A stretch of 64,000 nt of DNA, taken from assembly GCA_963675245.1 (NCBI GenBank), contig OY775910.1, positions 1,440,001-1,504,000 on the forward strand. The letters are read 5' to 3'. Shown one piece after another: positions 40,231 through 50,144 of the stretch. Every line of letters starts with the position of its first letter. Positions within the stretch are counted from its first letter, which is position 1. The stretch is from Acholeplasmataceae bacterium. GTDB taxonomy: Bacteria > Bacillota_I > Bacilli_A > Acholeplasmatales > Acholeplasmataceae. The notes under the pieces were generated by a model. The model saw only the letters and a program-made list of their open reading frames with translations. It ran no database searches and had not been told where the DNA came from. Both the position numbers and the translations under genes were made by a program.

Positions 40231-41553
40231 GTGACAGTAATGCCACTCTGGCTAAATTTTCTTATCATATTTATCCTTATATTAATTAACGGCTTTTTTG
40301 CTGCTGCTGAAATGGCATTAGTTTCTGCTAACAAACATCGTATAAAGCAATTAGCTGAACATGGTGATAAACGAGCGAAACGGGTCATGAATTTAACAAT
40401 TGATTCAACAAAATATCTATCAACAATCCAAGTTGCTATTACATTTGCAGGATTTTTATCTTCGGCACTAGCTGGTTCTAATTTATCAGATGATGTTGTT
40501 TTATTTTTTAGTTATATAGGCATATCAATGCACCAGACAATAGCTATGATAATTGTTACCCTCTTACTCTCGTTTGTGACGCTTGTTTTAGGAGAATTAG
40601 TCCCTAAACGATTAGCAATGTCACATGCTGATCAATATGCTCGATTTTCAAGTGGTGTTGTTCATGCGCTCATGGTTATATTTAAACCTTTTGTTTGGTT
40701 ATTGACGGTTGTTACTGACGGTGTTTTAAAGCTATTTGGTCAAAGAAAACAAACAGATGAAGAACGCTTAACTGAAGATGAAATTAAAGGTTATATATTA
40801 AGAGGTCAATTAGAAGGTCTTTATCGAAAAGAAGAAAAAGAAATGATTGACAATATATTTAAATTTGACGATTTAAAGGCCAGTCAAGTGATGGTTCCAA
40901 GAACAAAAGTATTTGCCTTATCCATGCATCATCCAAAATTAATGGATGAAATCGCGAAATCTTCATATTCACGTGTCGTAATTTATGATAAAAATATTGA
41001 TGACATCGAGGGTATTATTCACGTAAAAGATGTATTTTATGCAGCTAAGAAAAATGGGTTTGAACATGTGGATATCAAATCATTAATAAGAAAACCGACG
41101 TATATACCTGAGGACATGCCAATTAAACAGGTTTTTACAACGCTGAAATCAAAAAATATACAGTTTTCGATTCTTGTGGATGAATATGGTGGCACAGTTG
41201 GTATCTTGACGATGGAAGACATAGTAGAAGAAGTTGTTGGTAATCTGTATGATGAACATGATGTTATGGATATATCTATTAAAAAAATTAAACCTCACAT
41301 CTATCTAGTTAAAGGCGATGCTCAAATTCAAGATATTAATCGTAAAATTGGTATCAATATTGATGAGCATGATGAAAGATTTGACACATTAAATGGTTTA
41401 ATTATCACATTAATTCAGAAAATTCCAACGGAAGAAGATCTTTTAACGATTGATTATAAAAACATCATGATTAGAATTGAAAAAGTCGTAGACCGAACTG
41501 TTAAATTTGCTGTTATAGAGAAAAAAGTTGGTAACAAAAATGATAACAACTAA
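40231..41553 (+). CDS. CNNM/CorB (hemolysin-family) transporter: DUF21-CBS-CorC_HlyC
   Basis: NGFFAAAEMA, GELVPK, MVPR, SR..IY, VDEYGGT.G..TMED. Confidence 0.92.
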   Translation: MTVMPLWLNFLIIFILILINGFFAAAEMALVSANKHRIKQLAEHGDKRAKRVMNLTIDSTKYLSTIQVAITFAGFLSSALAGSNLSDDVVLFFSYIGISMHQTIAMIIVTLLLSFVTLVLGELVPKRLAMSHADQYARFSSGVVHALMVIFKPFVWLLTVVTDGVLKLFGQRKQTDEERLTEDEIKGYILRGQLEGLYRKEEKEMIDNIFKFDDLKASQVMVPRTKVFALSMHHPKLMDEIAKSSYSRVVIYDKNIDDIEGIIHVKDVFYAAKKNGFEHVDIKSLIRKPTYIPEDMPIKQVFTTLKSKNIQFSILVDEYGGTVGILTMEDIVEEVVGNLYDEHDVMDISIKKIKPHIYLVKGDAQIQDINRKIGINIDEHDERFDTLNGLIITLIQKIPTEEDLLTIDYKNIMIRIEKVVDRTVKFAVIEKKVGNKNDNN

Positions 41554-42184
41554 CCTGTATTATAAGAAAATAGGGCAAGGTTATCCATTGATTATGCTGC
41601 ATGGTAATGGTGAAAATATCGATACATTATTATCATTAGGGGAAGCTCTGTCTACTGATTTTCTTGTTTATTTAGTGGATTCAAGTGGTCATGGGAAAAG
41701 TCCTGGTGAAATCCATACTACCTACGATGAGATGGCAGAAGATCTTATCCATTTCATGGTACAGAATCGTATAAATAAAGCACATATATTCGGTTATTCT
41801 GATGGTGCAATCGTAGCTTTAAAAGCAACCATCACACATCCTCATTTATTCAATAAACTCATATTGTGTGGTATGAATATTAGCCCTGACGGTTTAATTG
41901 ATGAGAGTATTAATGAGATTAAAGAGAGTTATTTAAAAGAAAAGAACCCACTTCACAAATTAATGTTAGAAGGTCCTATTTTTAACGTATCAGATTTAGA
42001 ACATATCGAACACAAAATTACACTCTATTTTGGTGAGCATGATGCGATAAAGATAGCACATCAACATCTAATACACCAACTATTAAAGCACAGTGATTTG
42101 CATATTATGAATCATGAATCACACGGTAGTTATATCTGCTATTCAAACAAGCTTTCTAAAGAATTGAAAATGCTCTTAAAATAA
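41540..42184 (+). CDS. Alpha/beta hydrolase
   Basis: LHGNG, D..GHG.S, GYSDG nucleophile elbow, GEHD, SH. Confidence 0.85.
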   Translation: MITTNLYYKKIGQGYPLIMLHGNGENIDTLLSLGEALSTDFLVYLVDSSGHGKSPGEIHTTYDEMAEDLIHFMVQNRINKAHIFGYSDGAIVALKATITHPHLFNKLILCGMNISPDGLIDESINEIKESYLKEKNPLHKLMLEGPIFNVSDLEHIEHKITLYFGEHDAIKIAHQHLIHQLLKHSDLHIMNHESHGSYICYSNKLSKELKMLLK

Positions 42185-43151
42185 TATATGCAATATATGA
42201 AATATACAAGAATAACAGTATCATACCTTCAAGTTTTGATAACTGTTTTTTTGTTAATGTTAAGACGAAAATTAGTACCGTTAAACCAATCACGATTACC
42301 ATATCAATAATCACATCACCATTTAAACCAAGTGGTGTTATAACACCAGCAAAGCCAACCACTAATAAGCTATTAAAAATATTTGAACCGATGACATTAC
42401 CTAATGCGATATCACCTTCATTTTTACTAGCCGCTACCACAGAAGTGACTAGTTCAGGTAAAGAGGTTCCTAAGGCAACCACTGATAAACCAATCAGGGT
42501 TTTTGCATCAGATTCAAGGACACCTAATAGATCTGTAAGGATTTGAAGAGATAGAAATTCAGCAGAATTTGTTACTAAAATACCACCTAAAGTGACGCCA
42601 GCCAAGCCAATAATTAGTAAAATAATAGCTTTTTTGTTAGATATAATGTGAATTTCTTCCACTAATATTTCCTCATGCTCGCTCTTAGCCATGATAATCA
42701 TATAAGCGATAAAACAAACCAGAAGAATAAGTGCTTCCCACCATACAATCTTATAATCACTTTGAAAATAGAGTGCAAACAAAAATAGTAGGATGGATAC
42801 ACCAAGAAGAAAAGGGAATTCTCTTCTTTTAATTGTTTTATGAACGATGATTGGCATCATGACTGCACTCGCACCTAAGATAAGCGTAATATTTGCCACA
42901 TTAGATCCGACAATATTTCCCATTGCAATATCTGCAGATACACCTTGTATACTCGCATTTAATGCAGCAGTTACACTTACCGCAAGTTCTGGTAAAGATG
43001 TACCAAAAGCAACTAGTGTAAGTCCAATAATAAGGGTAGGAACTTTTAATTTTTTAGCGATAGATGCCGATGATTCAACAAAAAAATCAGCACCTTTTAT
43101 AAGTAGGATAAACCCTACAATTAAATATAATACATTTAAAAAAATTGGCAT
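42156..43151 (-). CDS. Calcium/sodium antiporter (CaCA, YrbG-like)
   Basis: Two alpha repeats GTSLPEL…GN..GSN. Confidence 0.93.
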   Translation of the reverse strand: MPIFLNVLYLIVGFILLIKGADFFVESSASIAKKLKVPTLIIGLTLVAFGTSLPELAVSVTAALNASIQGVSADIAMGNIVGSNVANITLILGASAVMMPIIVHKTIKRREFPFLLGVSILLFLFALYFQSDYKIVWWEALILLVCFIAYMIIMAKSEHEEILVEEIHIISNKKAIILLIIGLAGVTLGGILVTNSAEFLSLQILTDLLGVLESDAKTLIGLSVVALGTSLPELVTSVVAASKNEGDIALGNVIGSNIFNSLLVVGFAGVITPLGLNGDVIIDMVIVIGLTVLIFVLTLTKKQLSKLEGMILLFLYISYIAYIILRAFSIL

Positions 43152-43272
43152 AACCTAGACCCCTATTTCTATATGATATCATCACCAAGTAACTGTTAAT
43201 CATTTTAGCATATTTTCATATTCTTAACAAGTCAAGTTCACTCAAAGAATTTGCTATAAAATCCCTTCTTTA

Positions 43273-43301
43273 TTGACTTTTCAGCCTATTTCATGTATCA
43301 T
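43273..43301 (+). promoter_or_regulatory. Promoter upstream of the CNNM pair (about 150-nt leader)
   Basis: TTGACT-17 bp-TATCAT. Confidence 0.65.
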
Positions 43302-43341
43302 AATTCTATAAATGATTTCATGGAGGAATCTAGACAAAAAA

Positions 43342-43458
43342 ATGGAAGAACACAGTAGTCGGCTAGAAGACCCGATAGAGCGATTTAAAAGAACTTACAA
43401 GACAGCATCTTTTTTTGGTGTCTTTTTTTGTTATTTAAGGGAGAGTAAATCATTATGA
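43342..43458 (+). CDS. Putative 38-aa leader peptide MEEHSSRLEDPIERFKRTYKTASFFGVFFCYLRESKSL
   Basis: Translated by hand; TGA overlaps the downstream ATG (ATGA); GGAGG lies 15 nt upstream (suboptimal spacing). Confidence 0.45.
   Translation: MEEHSSRLEDPIERFKRTYKTASFFGVFFCYLRESKSL
43399..43429 (+). terminator. Terminator-like hairpin in the CNNM leader (attenuator candidate)
   Basis: AAGACAgCA…TGgTGTCTT followed by a T tract, upstream of the RBS. Confidence 0.5.
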
Positions 43459-44753
43459 TTTTATCACTCATTATAGCAATCTTATTTGCTTTATTAATTG
43501 GCGTATTAGAAATGGCCAGCAGTTCATTAGAAACCATCTCAGAGACGCAAGTTAAAGATGATATTGAAGAAGGGCACAAGCGAGCTACGCAAGTGCTTGA
43601 ATATATTGAATATCCTAAACCTTACAGACAAACAATATTAATCACTATACTTATATTATATGGCGTGATTGCTGTTTTATTAGATACAGCTTTTTACCCA
43701 TGGCTGATGACGTTATTTAATACTAGTTTATGGATTATAGGCATATTAACACATGCCCTTATACTGTTTGTTTGGTTGACATGTGTTATAGTGTTGTCAT
43801 CTATCATTGGTCGTCGTATTGGTTATAAATATAAAGAAAAAGTAGCATATAATATTATCCCAATTGTTAGGTTCATAAAAGTTATATTTATCGGCTTTGT
43901 TTGGTTATATGATACTTTATCAAAAGCAATTGGCCATCTTTTTGGATTGAAAAACAATGAAGGCGAAAAAGAAGTAACCGAAGAACAAATAAGAAATATC
44001 GTTGAAGCGAGTTCAAAAATTGGTAATATCGAAGAAGCAGAAAGTGAAATGATCCAGAATATATTCGATTTTACGGATACGACTGTTGATGAAATTATGA
44101 CCCATCGTACTGAAATTTCAGCGATTAATGTTAACTTAACGAAAGAACAAATATTTGATTTGGTCAAAGATGAACAATATACAAGATTTCCTGTTTATGA
44201 AAGAGATATAGATCACATTATCGGGACATTTCATGTTAAAGACATACTGAAAGTGATGAATGAAGATAAATTTTCATTAAAGGAATTACTGCGCAAACCA
44301 TATTTCATTCCAGATTCAAAACGCACGGCAGAATTATTTGCTGAAATGCAAAAACAAAAGAATCATATTGCTATCGTCTTAGATGAATATGGTGGCACAG
44401 CAGGTATTGTTACAATCGAAGATTTAATCGAAGAAATCGTCGGTAATATTTTTGATGAATACGATATTGTTGAAGAAGAAATCAGAAAAATTAATGAATA
44501 TACCTATGAAATTAATGGTTTAATGCCAATTGATGATATAGAAGATGTAATTGAAGCAGATTTACCTGTTGATGAATATGACACATTATCTGGTTTTATT
44601 TTAGGTCAGTTGGGTAGATTTCCTGAAACAGATGAAATAGTTGAAGTCATCTATAATGGTTATAAATATACAGTATTATCTGTTGATGAAAATGTTATTA
44701 CGAAAGTACAGGTTACAAAAATTGAACCAGAATCGATGGAGGCTGATGATTAA
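43455..44753 (+). CDS. CNNM/CorB (hemolysin-family) transporter with divergent TM domain
   Basis: MTHR, TRFPVY, LDEYGGTAGIVTIED, DTLSGFI; canonical FF…E and GE..PK TM motifs are degenerate. Confidence 0.9.
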   Translation: MILSLIIAILFALLIGVLEMASSSLETISETQVKDDIEEGHKRATQVLEYIEYPKPYRQTILITILILYGVIAVLLDTAFYPWLMTLFNTSLWIIGILTHALILFVWLTCVIVLSSIIGRRIGYKYKEKVAYNIIPIVRFIKVIFIGFVWLYDTLSKAIGHLFGLKNNEGEKEVTEEQIRNIVEASSKIGNIEEAESEMIQNIFDFTDTTVDEIMTHRTEISAINVNLTKEQIFDLVKDEQYTRFPVYERDIDHIIGTFHVKDILKVMNEDKFSLKELLRKPYFIPDSKRTAELFAEMQKQKNHIAIVLDEYGGTAGIVTIEDLIEEIVGNIFDEYDIVEEEIRKINEYTYEINGLMPIDDIEDVIEADLPVDEYDTLSGFILGQLGRFPETDEIVEVIYNGYKYTVLSVDENVITKVQVTKIEPESMEADD

Positions 44754-46024
44754 TGACATCTATTGATTGGATATTATTAGGTGTGTTATTCTTATTAATC
44801 TTATTGTCTGCTTTCTTCTCTTCAACTGAAACAGCATTCTCATCTGTTAATACAATTAAACTTAAATATTTAATACAAAATGGCTCTAAAAGAGCCAAAC
44901 ATACACTAAAATTGGTTGAAGATTTTGAGACAGTTTTAACTACCATATTAACTGGTAATAATATCGCGAATATCGCATCTGCTTCAATTGCTACAGCTAT
45001 GTTTGTTCGGTTTTGGGGTAATATTGGGGTCACTATTTCGACGGCAGTAATGACCATACTAGTTTTAATTTTTGGTGAGATTACACCTAAAACATATGCG
45101 AAAAAATATGCTGAACAATATGCATTAACGATGACACCTATCTTACAATTTTTCATATGGATCTTAAAACCCATTAGTATCATATTCACGGGTATTCAAG
45201 CATTAATGAACCGTCTATTTATGAACGTCACACCTGACACAGTGAGTGAAGATGAACTCTTAACTTATGTGAGTGAAGTACAACAAGAAGGTGGCATTAA
45301 TGAGAATGAAGAAGAATTAATTAGAAGTGTGATTGATTTCGATGATCTAAGGGTTGAGGATATATTAACACCTAGAGTCAGAGTGGTCGCGATATCAGAT
45401 CATGAGGAGCAAAAAAATATCATTCATGCATTTAGACATTCCGGTTATTCAAGACTACCAGTCTATGATACTTCAATTGATCACATCACAGGAACGATTA
45501 ACCACAAGGATTTTTATAATTTGGTTGTATTAGAAAAACAACCATTATCTTCAATAATTAATCCACCAGTATTTGTTACTGAATACATGAAAGCTACTGA
45601 CTTACTTGCCTTATTAAGAGGTAATAAGAGTCACATGGCAATTGTTAAAGATGAGTTTGGTGGTACGATTGGTATTGTAACCATGGAAGATTTATTAGAG
45701 GAAATTGTCGGTGAGATTTGGGATGAACATGATACGATTGTTGAATCAATAGTTAAAGTCAATGATCATCAATATCGTGTGAAAGGTTATGCTGATATCG
45801 ATATCTTCTTTGAAACATTAGGTTTGCCTGAAGATGAAGATATGGATGTTGCAACAGTCAATGGTTGGGTTGTTGATCAATTTGGTCATATTCCATTCAT
45901 TGGTGAATCATTTCATAATGGCAATTTAAATGTTACTGTGACAGGTGCGGATACTAAAAAAGTGTTAGAAGTAATCGTTGATATACTTGATTTAAATGAA
46001 GAATTAGAAGAGGATGTTGAATAA
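44753..46024 (+). CDS. CNNM/CorB (hemolysin-family) transporter
   Basis: SAFFSSTETA, TIL.GNN..N, FGEITPK, SRLPVY, DEFGGT.GIVTMED. Confidence 0.93.
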   Translation: MTSIDWILLGVLFLLILLSAFFSSTETAFSSVNTIKLKYLIQNGSKRAKHTLKLVEDFETVLTTILTGNNIANIASASIATAMFVRFWGNIGVTISTAVMTILVLIFGEITPKTYAKKYAEQYALTMTPILQFFIWILKPISIIFTGIQALMNRLFMNVTPDTVSEDELLTYVSEVQQEGGINENEEELIRSVIDFDDLRVEDILTPRVRVVAISDHEEQKNIIHAFRHSGYSRLPVYDTSIDHITGTINHKDFYNLVVLEKQPLSSIINPPVFVTEYMKATDLLALLRGNKSHMAIVKDEFGGTIGIVTMEDLLEEIVGEIWDEHDTIVESIVKVNDHQYRVKGYADIDIFFETLGLPEDEDMDVATVNGWVVDQFGHIPFIGESFHNGNLNVTVTGADTKKVLEVIVDILDLNEELEEDVE

Positions 46025-46042
46025 CATTCTCTTTTTATTTAC

Positions 46043-46074
46043 AAAAAAAAGGTGTCTCGATTGAGATCACCTTT
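46043..46074. terminator. Terminator between convergent genes
   Basis: A8-GGTGTCTC-gatt-GAGATCACC-TTT. Confidence 0.75.
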
Positions 46075-46089
46075 AATTTTATTGATATA

Positions 46090-46968
46090 TTAGTCTAATG
46101 CAGGAGCTGCAGCATCGAATAGAAGATCTAATACTTCAACGAAGTCTTCTGTAGAAATTGAAACTGAAGCAATACCATCAAGGTCATCACCAGCAGCCCA
46201 ACCGTTAGCTTCAACATATTCTGCAATATCTTCAGCTTGTTCAAACCATTCTAAACCGTTTGTTACAGCTGACATACCATAATCGAAACCAAGTTCCCAT
46301 TTTGTTTTTTCATTAAAATCAAATTCACCATCTGTTACATGACTTTGTACAACATCAATAACCAAATCAGAAAATTCGCCTTTTTCAACTGTCATTGATG
46401 CCATATATAATTCAGCACCGTGTGATCCATTGACACAATATATTGCTTGGAAATCACCAGATCTAGCAAGTTCAATAGCTTCTAAAGCAAGTGTGTAATA
46501 TTCTGAAACTGTAATTGATACACCAGTAATAGCATCAGTTTTGCCAGCATTATCTTCGCCTTCTGCGATAACATCATCCATTGATACACCATTTGCTAAC
46601 CAATGTGCTTCAATTTCTTCAGCTTGTTCATACCACTCTAATCCACCAGCAACAGCTGCCATACCATAATCTTCTAATAATTCTTTCTTGGTTAATTCAT
46701 TCCATTCACCTTGAAATACATCGTCAGAAGTATCATCTGGTGTATCTTCGCCTTCAGTTTGAACTTTGTGGCCTTGTCTAGCATCAATATAATACCCAAC
46801 AATTTCATCATTTTCAATTGTCACAGTTACTGATGTAACTTGTGGACCACCGTGAGACTCTTCATAGGTAAAAGCCGTATATTCTCCATCAGCAGCGAAT
46901 TCTTTTTGACAAGCAGTCAAAACGAACGCAGCCATTACTACTAGCAGTAGTAACCACATCTTTTTCAT
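46090..46968 (-). CDS. Acidic lipoprotein with two tandem FMN-binding (flavinylation-type) domains
   Basis: Signal peptide with lipobox LTAC; repeated K.EL..DYGM.AV..GLEW.EQAE.I and D.I.(G/S)VSI(T/S). Confidence 0.75.
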   Translation of the reverse strand: MKKMWLLLLVVMAAFVLTACQKEFAADGEYTAFTYEESHGGPQVTSVTVTIENDEIVGYYIDARQGHKVQTEGEDTPDDTSDDVFQGEWNELTKKELLEDYGMAAVAGGLEWYEQAEEIEAHWLANGVSMDDVIAEGEDNAGKTDAITGVSITVSEYYTLALEAIELARSGDFQAIYCVNGSHGAELYMASMTVEKGEFSDLVIDVVQSHVTDGEFDFNEKTKWELGFDYGMSAVTNGLEWFEQAEDIAEYVEANGWAAGDDLDGIASVSISTEDFVEVLDLLFDAAAPALD

Positions 46969-47167
46969 TATTCAATTTCCTCCTAAATGTATTGAATTCT
47001 TTACCTATATTATACAATAATGATGTCAATCTAGCAATAATAACTATAAAAATCTGAATAAAAACGTTTTCTTTGTTTAGAAACTGCGAAAATCAAAATA
47101 AATAATGATATACCTTTTTAAATAATCATTAAAATGATACAATATGTATGCGAAAGGTATAGATAAA

Positions 47168-48991
47168 ATGGATAAAAAAAGCTTAAATGAACGACAAAAA
47201 TTAATCCGAAATTTCTCTATTATTGCTCATATCGATCATGGTAAATCGACATTGGCTGATAGAATTTTAGAGAAGACTGAAACTGTCAGCAATCGTGAGA
47301 TGAAAGCACAGCTTCTAGATTCTATGGATCTTGAACGTGAAAGAGGAATAACCATCAAATTAAATGCTGTTGAAATTGCTTATAAAGCAAATGACGGTAA
47401 TACTTATATTATGCACTTGATTGATACACCAGGTCATGTCGATTTCACATATGAAGTTTCGAGATCACTTGCTGCTTGTGAAGGTGCTATTTTAGTTGTC
47501 GATGCTGCTCAAGGAATTGAAGCACAAACATTAGCTAATGTTTATTTGGCAATCGATAATGATCTGGAAATCATCCCAGTCATCAATAAAATTGATTTAC
47601 CCAGTGCAGACCCAGAAAAAGTAATCGAAGAAATTGAGGATATTATAGGTATACCTGCGCATGATGCTGTACTTGCTAGTGCAAAAGAAGGATTAGGTAT
47701 AACAGAGATCTTAGAACGAATAGTTAAAGACATACCTGCGCCAACAGGTGATGCAAATGCACCACTTCAAGCACTTGTTTTTGACTCATTATATGATGCA
47801 TATAAAGGTGTTATTCCTTATATAAGAGTCGTAAATGGCACTATAAAAAAAGGTGATGTGATTAAATTTATGGCGTCTGGTGCAACCTATGAGGTTGTTG
47901 AAGTAGGCGTACATACACCTAAAATTGTTAAACGAGATATATTAGGACCTGGTGATGTTGGTTATTTAACTGCGGCGATTAAAGACATTGAAGGCGTTAG
48001 AGTCGGTGATACCGTCACCCACCTTGAACATGTTGCTGATAAACCTCTTCCTGGATACAGAGAAATGAATTCTGTCGTCTTTTGTGGTTTATATCCAATT
48101 GATACAGATCAATATAATGATTTAAAGGATGCATTGGAAAAACTAAAATTAAATGATGCATCACTACACTATGAACCTGAAACATCACAAGCTTTAGGAT
48201 TTGGTTTTAGAACTGGTTTCTTAGGTTTATTACATATGGAAATCGTTCAAGAACGCATTAGACGTGAATTTAATATTGAACTTTTAGCAACTGCTCCATC
48301 TGTTATTTATCATGTTTATTTAACTGATGGATCGATGATTGAAATCGACAATCCATCCATGTTACCTTCACCTCAAGAAATTGATCATATTGATGAACCG
48401 TTTGTGAAAGCGATCATTATGAGTCCAACTGAATATGTTGGACCAATCATGGAAATTTGTCAACGTAAACGTGGTGTCTTTGGTGATATGAAATATATTG
48501 ATGCATCAAGAGTCACGATCACATACAGTCTGCCTTTATCAGAAATTGTTTATGATTTCTTTGATAAATTAAAAAGTTCAACAAAAGGATATGCGTCATT
48601 TGATTATGAAATAGCAGGATATAAGACATCCAAATTACAGAAGATGGATATCTTATTAAATGGCGATGTCATAGATGCCTTGTCGCTTATTGTACACCGT
48701 GATTTTGCATATCATCGAGGTAAAGCGATATGTGAGAAGATGGTCGATCTTATCCCTAGACAAATGTTTGAAATACCAGTTCAAGCAGCTCTTGGATCAA
48801 AAATTATTGCTAGAACAACCATAAGAGCGATGCGTAAAGATGTGCTTGCGAAGTGTTATGGTGGCGATATTACGAGAAAGAAAAAACTACTTGCTAAACA
48901 AAAAGAAGGTAAAAAGAAAATGAAAGCCATTGGTCGTGTTGAAGTTCCACAGGAAGCATTTATGGCAATCTTATCAAATAGTGATGACTAG
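47168..48991 (+). CDS. lepA: Elongation factor 4
   Basis: [53 protein letters not shown]. Confidence 0.98.
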   Translation: MDKKSLNERQKLIRNFSIIAHIDHGKSTLADRILEKTETVSNREMKAQLLDSMDLERERGITIKLNAVEIAYKANDGNTYIMHLIDTPGHVDFTYEVSRSLAACEGAILVVDAAQGIEAQTLANVYLAIDNDLEIIPVINKIDLPSADPEKVIEEIEDIIGIPAHDAVLASAKEGLGITEILERIVKDIPAPTGDANAPLQALVFDSLYDAYKGVIPYIRVVNGTIKKGDVIKFMASGATYEVVEVGVHTPKIVKRDILGPGDVGYLTAAIKDIEGVRVGDTVTHLEHVADKPLPGYREMNSVVFCGLYPIDTDQYNDLKDALEKLKLNDASLHYEPETSQALGFGFRTGFLGLLHMEIVQERIRREFNIELLATAPSVIYHVYLTDGSMIEIDNPSMLPSPQEIDHIDEPFVKAIIMSPTEYVGPIMEICQRKRGVFGDMKYIDASRVTITYSLPLSEIVYDFFDKLKSSTKGYASFDYEIAGYKTSKLQKMDILLNGDVIDALSLIVHRDFAYHRGKAICEKMVDLIPRQMFEIPVQAALGSKIIARTTIRAMRKDVLAKCYGGDITRKKKLLAKQKEGKKKMKAIGRVEVPQEAFMAILSNSDD

Positions 48992-49008
48992 GGTCATCAC
49001 TTTTTTTT
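48980..49008 (+). terminator. Intrinsic terminator of lepA
   Basis: AGTGATGAC-tagg-GTCATCACT-T7. Confidence 0.88.
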
Positions 49009-49052
49009 AATTATGTAAACCAATATTGTATAATAGATGTAGGAGGATTTAT

Positions 49053-50144
49053 ATGAAAGGACTCTACGTACATATCCCATTTTGTGGTGCGATATGCCAT
49101 TACTGTGATTTCGCAAAGCGTGTACCAAAAAATGATCAAATGATTGATGATTATATGGATGCACTCATCGCTGAAATCGAAACATATAAGACACATTTTA
49201 ATACCATTGATACTATATATATTGGTGGAGGAACGCCTTCTTTACTTTCTCCAGAACAACTGAAAAAACTATTTCAAGCACTTTCTGATATTCATCCTAT
49301 TGAATATACGATAGAAGTTAATCCTGAATCTTATACAAAAGAAAAGGGATTAGTTATGAAAGAATTTGGTGTCAATCGTGTGAGTTTAGGAGTACAAACA
49401 TTCAATGAAAAACTCCTAACATATATTAATAGAAAGCATACAAACCAGGATGTTTTCGATGCCATCAATCACTTGAAATCAATCGGTATCCCCTATCTTT
49501 CAGTCGATTTAATATATGCTATTCCAGGTCAAACTATTCAAGATTTGAAGAAAGATTTAAAACATATTAAGAAGTTAGATATTTCTCATGTGAGTTTATA
49601 TTCACTCATTTTAGAAGATAAAACTTATTTTTATCATCAATATGTCCATGGTAAGTTTCATCCTGCAGATCAGGATATTGAAGCTGAAATGTATGGCTTA
49701 ATAATGGATGAATTAGTGAAGCAAGGTTTTACACAATATGAAATCTCTAATTACGCTAAAGATGGACATACATCAAAACACAATATTATCTATTGGTCTC
49801 TTGATGAATATATAGGTATTGGCCTTGGTTCACATGGTTTTATTGATGGATATAGGACGTACAATGAACGAGCATTACCAAAGTATATTGATCATTTTCA
49901 AAAAGAAAAAGTATATCAAACAGACGAAATGTTGCTGCAAGATGCGTTGATATTTGGGTTAAGAAAACTAGAAGGTGTATCAATTTCTGAGATTGAAAAT
50001 CGATTTAAAATTGACATATTTAATCGTTACCCTCATTTAAAAGTACGCATGAATGAAGGTTTAATAACCATCGAAAACAACTATCTCAAACTAACTAAAA
50101 AGGGATTATTTTTAGGCAATCAAGTCTTTATGGAGTTCATCTAA
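49053..50144 (+). CDS. hemW: Radical SAM heme chaperone HemW (HemN-like)
   Basis: YVHIPFC…CHYCDF, GGGTPS, YEISNY, HN..YW; follows lepA; RBS AGGAGG. Confidence 0.92.
   Translation: MKGLYVHIPFCGAICHYCDFAKRVPKNDQMIDDYMDALIAEIETYKTHFNTIDTIYIGGGTPSLLSPEQLKKLFQALSDIHPIEYTIEVNPESYTKEKGLVMKEFGVNRVSLGVQTFNEKLLTYINRKHTNQDVFDAINHLKSIGIPYLSVDLIYAIPGQTIQDLKKDLKHIKKLDISHVSLYSLILEDKTYFYHQYVHGKFHPADQDIEAEMYGLIMDELVKQGFTQYEISNYAKDGHTSKHNIIYWSLDEYIGIGLGSHGFIDGYRTYNERALPKYIDHFQKEKVYQTDEMLLQDALIFGLRKLEGVSISEIENRFKIDIFNRYPHLKVRMNEGLITIENNYLKLTKKGLFLGNQVFMEFI

Noticed and set aside
43300..43450. Known metal riboswitch (M-box, yybP-ykoY, NiCo) upstream of the CNNM genes
   Set aside because: No conserved motifs of these families recognised; a uORF plus terminator fits better
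47061..47070. AAAACGTTTT palindrome (cre/LacI-like) between the FMN lipoprotein gene and lepA
   Set aside because: Lacks the TG…CA flanks of cre; likely by chance in AT-rich DNA
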